Source: the human T2T-CHM13v2.0 reference genome, Homo sapiens
NCBI RefSeq assembly: GCF_009914755.1
Contig: NC_060943.1
Length of the DNA stretch: 64,000 bases
Direction: 5' to 3' (one strand)
The first letter of the stretch is position 1; each line of letters starts with the position of its first letter. The translations under genes and the position numbers were made by a program. Shown in pieces: positions 18,690-64,000 of this stretch. Below the pieces are notes generated by a model that saw nothing but the letters and a program-made list of their open reading frames with translations, did not search any database and was not told the origin of the DNA.

Positions 18690-19430
18690 CGTTAAAGGCA
18701 AACACCTTCTGCGGTGTGCTTGGCTCAGCTCAGGCAGGAAGCCCTGCCTGAAAAGGCTGCACCTTCGGCTGTCACTCTGTCCTCATTCGGCCCAGCGTTT
18801 GGTTACATCTTCTGTCACTCAGGGCCTGAGGGCGGGGGGGGGGGGGGGTCTTAAACGTTATCCATTCAGCGACGCTGGCCTGGGAACTGTCCAATCAGGC
18901 ACGCAGCTGGAGCGGAAAGGGCGGCTTCCGGGATGTGGCGGGGTCTTTGTCTCTCGCTGCAGTCGGAGTATGGTCTAGTGTTCGCTGTTCTGCGTCCTCT
19001 GGTCCTAGAGGCCCATCCTCTGTGGCCCTGTGACCTGCAGGTATTGGGAGATCCACAGCTAAGACGCTAGGACCCCCTGGAAGCCTAGAAACGGTGAGAG
19101 TGCCGGGTCCGACATCCCGAGAGAGGGGAAGGGGCTGGTTGGAACCGGTGGCAAGAGGCTGTGGCGGGACTCAGGCCTCCCCGCAGTCGGCTCCACAATC
19201 TGCGCCCCAAGTTCGCCTTGCCCAGCCCAGCCTCAGTCCCCTTCAGCCATCAGATTGGCGGCTGCGCTGGCAGCCGGACCCCCGGGCGTCCTGTCTCTTC
19301 CCTGCGCAGTGACGGTGCCCTGGCCTGGAGCCCTCTCTGGGCAGCTCTGCACCCGCAGCGTCGTGTCTCTCCCAGATTGTGCAGGGACCACGGGAGGGTG
19401 GTCAGGGGAGAATCCTGACTCGGGGTGCGG
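18690..19430 (+). promoter_or_regulatory. ZNF492: ZNF91-family KRAB-ZNF promoter / CpG island
   Basis: Family-typical gctcagctcaggcaggaagccctgcctgaaaaggctgc motif, CCAAT (~18891), GGGCGG (~18918) and ETS-like CTTCCGG (~18925). CpG-rich sequence continues into intron 1. Confidence 0.85.
18930..19093 (+). other. ZNF492: ZNF492 exon 1 (5' UTR; ancestral start codon is ACG at 19091-19093)
   Basis: ggtattgggagatccacagctaagacgctaggaccccctggaagcctagaaACG|gtgaga is the family exon 1 (GPPGSLE-M) with a consensus donor at 19094. TSS approximate. Confidence 0.9.
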
Positions 19431-20489
19431 GTTCACGAATGGGAAGAGCTTTGGTTTGGTTTATGGGGTTCCTAGTTCCTCTTTTCTTCTATTAAAAATT
19501 TATGGGAGTTATCGCGAAAATACTTAAAAATTTAAGCAAGGAGTGGTTCAAAAGTTATAGAGCACCCAGCTGTGGGTTGTAGTTTGTGGTCGGTCCATGG
19601 GAGGATCTTGAAGGAAAGATGCAGATGAAAATACCCAAATTCAATAATCGGTTAGGTATATTTACGTAGTTTCTTAATTTTCACCTTGAGCCTACAAATT
19701 TCCTGGTTGTGTAATCAGAGCTTACTTGGCAGTTTATCGTTAGTTAAGCCTGAATTTTGTTTCCCCCAATGTAGTAATTTCTAAAAAAAAAAAAATGCAT
19801 TTGAGTTTGATTTTTTAAAATTAGGAATCCAAAGATTAGAGCCACCTCAGTCTATTTGCCGCCACATGGGGCTGATTTTCCCTGGCATTTTTCACATAGG
19901 TCCCAAGCAGGTTCTCAAGTCAACCCCCCACACCCCATTTCTCCAGCTTAACTCTGGCTTGCAGTAAAATACTGAATTTTCAGTTCCTTCTGAAAATCTC
20001 AAATGCCAACTTCTTTTCCCTAATTTACATTATTATTTGTCCTTTAGTGTACATTTTTCATACTGTATTTTAATTAATCATTTTTTGACAAAGCATTAGA
20101 TGGCATATTTAAAAAGATATGTTTTCTGTTTGTAAATATTTCCCATGAGAAGAAAGCAAGGAATATCCCGATAGTGAATTGTAAAAAATCTCTGTGCCTC
20201 TTTTTCTTTTGTCTTCCCTAGGCATAAAGATCTTATGAGAATGTTTTAGTGTCAAGATGTTTTTATTTTGCAAACGTTATGGGGTGATTTGTGCTTAGCA
20301 ACCCTGTCGTTTATTCTTGGTCCTGGCTTTCAGTACTGTCTCTGAATAAACCAAGATAACCGCTATGGCGATGTCTGCTAGAGTATCTAGTGAATATCAG
20401 CTCCTAAAGTCATTTTCTTTCGTAGGACAACCTGAGATATGGAGTGTAGCCTCTCAAGTGGATACCCTGGGGAAAAGATGAATCTCTTT

Positions 20490-27920
<7,431 letters not shown>

Positions 27921-28859
27921 AGTGCAGACTCAGTCGGATATTGCTGCTTTCTGTTTTCTCTGTAAACTTTAAAAAGCCAACAAAGATTATGATACTTTAA
28001 GATGGAGATTAGTTGTCTTCAATTTGTTCCAGAAGTAATTGTGTTGTGACAAGAGTGCCAAGTATAAGGGACTCTGTGCTGTGCCTGCTTTCTCTAACTA
28101 ATGCTAATAATGAGCCTAGGGGGAGCATCATCAGCATTGACAGGGGACTTATTTAAAACACCCATTCATGGACCTTTCCATACCTGCAGAATCACATTAC
28201 ATAGATTGAGACCAACATTACCAAGTGATTTATAAGCTCAATAAAACTTGAGAGGCAATGCTTAGTTCAGTGGTTGTAAGCCCAGGCTGCTAATTACAAT
28301 CACATGGCCAGTTTGCAGAACTCCCTTTACTGGTGCCCTTCCCACAGGTTCTGTTTAATGTTCTGGGTGGAAGCATTCATGTTATTTTAATTAACTGCCT
28401 CATGTGACTCTAAGTTGTGGCCAGAATCAAGTATAGGGGGTTCAAGATACATTTATGAGAGTTAAGTTTCACCTGTGCACTAAAGGGTAGTCCTAGAGCC
28501 TCTTTTCTTTGGGTTTCATAGGGACAGGGCAGTGTGGCTCATACTTTTGTTACTGTAGCAGAAATTGCTGGCAGGGGAGGGCACCTGAAGACAGGAAAGG
28601 AGAAACTTGTATTTTTATATCTGTAGAGCAGCTCATTGTTGCTGAATCTCTTCTGTTATAAAGTACAGAAATGGGTGGAGTTTTTTCTGTTTTGGGTCTT
28701 CTGCCTGTGGGTGTGGTGGTAGCAGGTAAACATGTGGTGCTGACACTTTTCAAGGCATAGTCTCAAGATGCGGTGTAATTTGTCCAGAGAATCTTATCTG
28801 AGAAGGAATCCTAGAAAAGAAGGAGAAAGAGAAAAAATGGCATTCTTAATGATGAAATA

Positions 28860-35980
<7,121 letters not shown>

Positions 35981-36838
35981 TAAAAAATGGCTTTTTTTTC
36001 TTTTTAAGCTAAACATGTCTCAGATGAAGAACTGTGTCCACTCTGCCTCCTGGAATGCCATGTGTTCAGTACTTGCAAAGCTTTACTTTTCTACTTGTGC
36101 TTTTTCTTCCTAATGAGTTTAACTACTTTTTAGTTCTTATAATAGTCAAAGGTCTCTGAAAAATATTTCTTTCCTACATACCAGAGTCTTCTCTACATTC
36201 TCAACATCATGGCTTCTTACATGTCATCAAGAATTCTCACCATGAATTTATGAACTGCAATATTAAGAATGTTTCCTTCGTGGCTATGGAACATGGGAAG
36301 GTGTAGATACTCAAGATTCCTATTGGGGAAAAGCTGGGGTCCTTAATAAAGATGGAGAGCATGTAATTTTGAGGTTCCATCTCTGTTCTCCATTAGCTGT
36401 AAACAAATAAGATTAAGAAAATGCTTATTTAAATGGGATGGCATTTATTACGCAGAAAGTTTAAAAATAATAATAATTAGGAGATACTTGCTCTTTAGGG
36501 TGTGAAAGAAAGACTACTTAAAATCACTATTAAAATTTACAGAACATGGCAGATATTGGTATCTGGAACTTTACATAAAACCAGTGTTTCTTTATGATTA
36601 AATTCAGACTATAATTTACTTTTGGCTGGGCAATATCATAGCAGTGATGCCGTGTCCTTCTGTGTGCATCAGCACATTTGTCTTCATGCACTTGATGTTA
36701 ATAACTCACTTGATTAATGAACTCTGTGACAGATTTTTTTCTATAGAGTTAATTATTTTTCTCTTCATTACTGAGTATCTTTATTCAGCAGATGTGCATA
36801 AACAATCACATTTAATCTGGCAGCTGACCTTTCTTAGG

Positions 36839-37035
<197 letters not shown>

Positions 37036-37110
37036 TGAAAGCTCTCATCTTTGTTTACAGGCCAGAAAAACTGAAAAACACACAGGCTTTTCCACTTACT
37101 GGATGTTTGA

Positions 37111-37497
<387 letters not shown>

Positions 37498-37822
37498 AGA
37501 TTTTCTGAAAAAATAATCTGCATTAACAAGATCTCCAGTTTATTGTACACATTAACATGTGAGCAGTATTTTCTAACTGAATATGTCTTTTCCATCTGAA
37601 AAATTTACACAACTTATTCTGTATGATGTAAATGTAGCACTCAAAAATGTACATGTTAGTGTTAATGCCCTCAATTTTATACTTCATCATCCGAAGAAGT
37701 ATCATACTTACCTCGATGTTGTGGATCTTATGCCACTCTCTTTTCTCAGAGTTAGAGAATGCATTAGAGAATATACTTCTGTGCTGAAAGTTATTTATTA
37801 AATATATCAGTCACTCCTATAA

Positions 37823-38113
<291 letters not shown>

Positions 38114-38494
38114 TAGAATGGTTTTTGGTAATTTATGCTTTCAGATCTCTGTTTTTTGTTTTTAACTTCAAGATTTGTCTATGTAGAAAAGAATTTCAAG
38201 ATGTTTCATTTTGACCTGAACTTTCCACACTCCTGAGCTGATCTGTGTTCTTCACTCTAGATTAGTGTTAATTTTAGAAATTTAGTGGCATAACGTACTG
38301 TTGCCCACATCTTAAAATCTAATTGCCACTACCAGTTTTTGATTTAGTAGTATCAGGTAGTGAAATTAAGAACTTACAAAATTAAAATATTTCCTAAATA
38401 TTTAAAATTTTTTGTTGTGTATTAGTATTTTGGAATCAATTTACTAGAATATTCTATTACATCCTTTTTTCTGAACACACTACTAAATTGGTAA

Positions 38495-38638
<144 letters not shown>

Positions 38639-38959
38639 TGAGAGTGAAAGTGAATACAACAGATGACACAGATGAGAGCTCCAAAGTAGAAAAAAAAAAA
38701 AGCCAGTCCTTAAAATGATTTGAAATCTGTGTTCCAAAGGAAATAGTTTCTGGGAAGCCTGAATTTTTTAAATTTTGCTTTCACATAGAAGCATCTTCTG
38801 TCTTATATTTTTAAAATCTCTGAAGATTTTACTTTCCCTTTGGTGATCTTCTTCAAGTTTACAGTGACAGCCAAGACAGCCCTCTTCATGGCACATAAGA
38901 GACTGTGAAATCTGACTTTTTCACTGTTTTTGAAAACACGTAGATAATCTGCATAATTT

Positions 38960-46500
<7,541 letters not shown>

Positions 46501-46594
46501 ACCAAACTCCTTCTTAATAACCAATAATCACTTGCTATAATTGTTTCCTGTCTGTAGTACCACAGTCTTTCTGCTGCTGTAAAACTTACCTTTC

Positions 46595-47928
46595 TTATTT
46601 ATTTATTTCATTATACTTTAAGTCCTAGGGTACATGTGCCCAGCGTGCAGTTATATTACATAGGTATACATGTGCCATGGGTTAATGCTATCCTTCCCCC
46701 AGCCCCTCATACCCCGACAGGCCCTGTTGTGTGATGTTCCCCGCCCTGTGTCCAGGTATTCTCATTGCTCAATTCCCACCTATGAGTGAGAACATGTGGT
46801 GTTTGGTTTTCTGTCCTTGTGATAGTGTGCTCAGAATGATGGTTTCCAGCTTCATCCATGTCCCTGCAAAGGACATGAACTCATCCTTTTTCATGAATGC
46901 ATAGTATTCTGTAGTGTATACATGCCACATTTTCTTAATCCATTCTATCATTGATGGACATTTGGGTTGGTTCCAAGTCTTTGCTATTGTGAATAGTGCC
47001 GCAATAAATATACGTGTGCATGTGTCCTTATAGTAGCATGATTTATAATCCTTTGGGTATATACCCAGTAATGGGATGGCTGGCTCAAATGGTATTTCTA
47101 GTTCTAGATCCTTGAGGAATCATAACACTGTCTTCCACAATGGTTGAACTAGTTTACAGTCCCACCAACAGTGTAAAAGCGTTTCTATTTCTCCACATCC
47201 TCTCCAGCACCTGTTGTCTCCTGACTTTTTAATGATCACCATTCTAACTGGCATGAGATGGTATCTCATTGTGGTTTTGATTTGCATTTCTCGGATGGCC
47301 AGTGATGATGAGCATTTTTCCATGTGTCTGTTGGCTGCATAAATGTCTTCTTTTGAGAAGTGTCTGTTCACATCCTTTGCTCACTTTTTGATGGGGTTGT
47401 TAGTTTTTTTCTTGTAAATTTGTTTAAGTTCTTTGTAGATTCTGGATGTTTGCCCTTTGTCAGATGGGTAGATTGCATAGATTTTCTCCCATTCTGTAGG
47501 TTGCCTGTTCATTCTGGTGGTAGTTTCTTTTGCCGTGCAGAAGCTCTTTAGTTTAATTAGATCCCATTTGTCAATTTTGGCTTTTGTTGCCATTGCTTTT
47601 GGTGTTTTAGTCATGAAGTCCTTGCCCATACCTATGTCCTGAATGGTATTGCCTAGGTTTTCCTCTAGGGTTTTTATGGTTTTAGGTCTAATATTTAAGT
47701 CTTTAATCCATCTTGAATTAATTTTTGTATAAGGTGTAAGGAAGGGATCCAGTTTCAGCTTTCTACATATGGCTAGCCAGTTTTCCCAGTACCATTTATT
47801 AAATAGGGAATCCTTTCCCCATTTCTTGTGTTTTGTCAGGTTTGTCAAAGATCAGATAGTTGTAGATGTGTGGTGTTATTTCTGAGGTCTCTATTCTGTT
47901 CCATTGGTCTATATATCTGTTTTGGTAC
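46595..47928 (-). mobile_element. 5'-truncated L1PA (L1PA5-7-like), 1.3 kb
   Basis: ORF2 C-terminal remnants ([32 protein letters not shown]) and 3' UTR. TSD cttacctttc at 46585-46594 and 47929-47938. Confidence 0.92.
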
Positions 47929-48389
47929 CTTACCTTTCATCTCAGCAGCCTCAAACTGTCATTTGAAAGAATACCACTATTTCTTTCAGAACTTTTATGC
48001 AATGAGACACAGGAACCAGTGTAAAAGCCCCTGCCATTGAGAAATAAAGATGTATAAGCCATTATTTTACTTGTCTTTTAAAAATGAAACCAGGAGTTGG
48101 CAATTTATTTCTAAAGTCACTATGTTATATAGGGAAGCAGGAAGATCTGCACTGGGTAAATGTAACAGACTTTTCTTTCTTCTATGTGACTCTTTGCATT
48201 GGGCTCACCTGGGGCACTGCACACACTTAACTTACTTTAATTTTTCAGAAATGTAATTTGTTCTGTATGCTTTTATATGTCTGTGAAAATGTTAGAGCGT
48301 GTAATATTTTGCTGTAACATCTTGTGATGTAGTTTGTATAATTTTATAGGTTAGATTTGTAAAGTACATTCGTCTGAGTCAGTAAGTGA

Positions 48390-49883
<1,494 letters not shown>

Positions 49884-50788
49884 TAGAAATATGAATGTGA
49901 CAAAGCCTTTAAATGGTTATCACACTGGATTGTAGGTAAGGTAATTCATTCTGGAGAAAACTTCTACAAGTGTGAATGAACAGTGTGGCAAAACTTACAC
50001 AATGCTCAAACCTTATTGCACAGGAAAGCCTTTATACTTGAGAACAAATGTACAAATATAAAGAAAGTAAAAAAGTGATTAATATCTGTGCACATCTTAT
50101 TCAACATCAGAGTTTATATTAATAGCATTAAAAGTGCAATTACTGTCAAAAGAGTTCAAAAAATAAGCATTTAAAGTGCTGAAGAGGATTTATTTTGAAG
50201 ACAAACATTACAAATATAAACGAAGTTGTGGTAACTTTACTTGTAACACAGATCTTGTTGTATTCATTCTGTATTAGAGCAAACCCTGAGGCAATTGCTC
50301 AAACTTTGTTCAACATCAGAGAATTTATATCGAAGAAAAACCCTGTAAATGTAATAAATTTAGAAAAAAACATTTATTCAAAAACTACAGGTTAGAAAAT
50401 TCCAGAGAGTTCATATTAAAATATTTTTGCATATACAGTAAATAGAAAAAAATATTTAATTCAATGGTAAGTTTATGTAAATATCAGAGAATTTATGTTA
50501 GAAATATATAAGGCAATGACACTTCAGACTTTACACTGAATCAGAGTTCTGAGTTTAGAAAGTAATCCAAAACTAAACTTGGCAGAAAAATTATTTGTTT
50601 ATAACTTTAAAAGAGTAGAAGATTTTTTGGAGAGTTACAAGTATACTTTTTTTTAGAAAGATTACAGATTTTTTTTAAAAGTAAATAACTCTCAAATTAC
50701 TTCATACAAATAATGTTGTAATTAACTCAAATTACTTCGTGTTAATGTTGTAATTAACTCTCAAATTACTTCATGCTAAGGAAATTAG

Positions 50789-52048
<1,260 letters not shown>

Positions 52049-52265
52049 TTATATATGGCATATTCTGATAAGAGGCATACAATATGTAATAATCACATTA
52101 GGGTAAATGAGGTATCCATCACCTTTAGAATTTATTTTTTGTATTATGAACAGTTCAATTGTACAGTTTTAGTTTTTTTAAAATATACGATTGTTATTGA
52201 CTACAGGGTTATTTTTATAATAAAAATTATATACAAGTATAAAATTTACACATTTCTGAGTCCTG

Positions 52266-52271
52266 AATAAA
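52266..52271 (+). terminator. ZNF492: Probable ZNF492 polyadenylation signal (overlapping AATAAA cluster)
   Basis: gaataaataaaaataa followed by U-rich tttcttgtatatttttcttt. Other AATAAA hexamers exist, so usage is inferred. Confidence 0.55.
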
Positions 52272-52499
52272 TAAAAATAATTTCTTGTATATTTTTCTTT
52301 GAATATGTGGCCTCTCTACTTGCAAACAGATACAGGCTTTTAGTTTTGATTTACATAGAGTTAAATATACACATCTATTAGTCTAAATATAAACCTTAGG
52401 TGTAAGAAGATTATGGATTAAGTGTGTTTGAGTATGAGTTTGTAACTATTTTCAGAATAATATTGGAACAAGACATCATTTTAATAAGGTGTCTAATTT

Positions 52500-56090
<3,591 letters not shown>

Positions 56091-56317
56091 AACAAGATGT
56101 TTTGTGGTATAATGAAATGTTATATTTCTGTAGTTCCAAGTTAATAGTTGGAATTAGCAGTGAAAGAATTATTTACTCCTTAAGGCATAGGGGTAAATGT
56201 TTCTATACCCAGTCTCCCCACATTTTGTAAGCTATCTTCTCTGAAAGCTCTTGGCCTATAGCCCAAGATGTCTTTTATTCCCAAGTGTGCAGTTAAAATA
56301 GATGACTCTGGATTTAA

Positions 56318-62955
<6,638 letters not shown>

Positions 62956-64000
62956 TCAGGAAACAACAGGTGCTGGAGAGGATGTGGAGAATTAGGAACA
63001 CTTTTCGGTGTTGGTGGGAGTGTAAACTAGTTCAACCATTGTGGAAGACAGTGTGGCAATTCCTCAAAGGATCTAGAACTAGAACTATCATTTGACCAAG
63101 TCATTCCATTACTGGGTATATGCCCAAAGGATTGTAAATCATGCTGCTATAAAGACACATGCACACATATGTTTATTGCGGCACTATTCACAACAGCAAA
63201 GACTTGGAGCCAATCCAGATGTCCATCAGTGATAGACTGGATTAAGAAAATGTGGCACATATGCATCATGGAATACTATGCAGCCATAAAAAAGGACACG
63301 TTCATGTCCTTTGTAGGGACATGGATGAAGCCGGAAACCATCATTCTGAGCAAACTATCAGAAGGACAGAAAACCAAACACCATATGTTCTCACTCATAG
63401 GTGGGAATTGAAGAATGAGAACACTTGGACACAGGGTGGTGAACATCACACACTGGAGCCTGTCGTGGGGTGACGGGAGCCGGGAGGGATAGCATTAGGA
63501 GATATACCTAATGTAAATGATGAGTTAACTGGTGCAGCACTCCAACATGGCACATGTATACATATGTAACAAACCTTCATTTTGTGCACATGTACCATAG
63601 AACTTAAAGTATAATGATAATAACAATAGTGATAAGGTCAGGAAACAACAAGTGCTGGAGAAGATGTGGAGAAATAGGAACACTTTTACACTGTTGGTGG
63701 GACTGTAAACTAGTTCAACCATTGCGGATGACAGTGTGGTGATTCCTCAAGGATCTAGAACTAGAACTACCATTTGACTAGGTATATACCCAAAGGATTA
63801 TAAATCATGCTGCTATAAATACACATGCACAAGTATGTTTATTGCAGCACTGTTCACAATAGCAAAGAGTTGGAACCAATCCAAATGTCCATCAATGATA
63901 GACTGAATTAAGAAAATGTGGCACATACACACCATGGAATACTGTGCAGCCATAAAAAAGGATGAGGTCATGTCCATTGTAGGGACATGGATGAAGCTGG
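62956..64000 (+). repeat. Head-to-tail tandem copies of the L1 3'-terminal ~0.68 kb
   Basis: Units start at the same L1 position tcaggaaa(c)aacag at 62303 (parent), 62956 and 63638. Each complete unit ends in ...tgtaccatagaa.ttaaa.tataat.ataa. The array continues past the window end. Confidence 0.92.

Overview
Human genomic DNA (Alu/L1/ERV-rich, includes an AluYb8 copy). It is almost certainly the chr19p12 ZNF91-family KRAB zinc-finger cluster around ZNF492. The main gene is on the + strand with 4 exons: exon 1 ending at 19093, KRAB-A exon 37925-38051, KRAB-B exon 38538-38633, and the spacer/C2H2 exon from 48418 (stop 49881-49883, probable polyA signal 52266). The family start codon at the end of exon 1 is ACG instead of ATG, so the first in-frame AUG lies inside KRAB-A and gives a 531-aa protein, matching my recollection of ZNF492, the near-identical paralog of ZNF98. 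The first ~13.3 kb is a GC-rich mosaic of intron-containing gene fragments: a TEX264 first coding exon, FGFR3-like exons 5-7, a possible unidentified antisense exon pair, two CpG islands and four ERV LTRs or LTR fragments. Introns hold antisense L1s and many Alus. Downstream, a full-length L1PA is followed by head-to-tail ~0.68-kb copies of its own 3' end that run off the window. I see no clearly new biological system. The best leads are possible ACG-initiated rescue of the full KRAB domain, the L1 3'-end tandem array and the duplicon mosaic. Gene and repeat-family names come from memory of the sequences, not from database searches.
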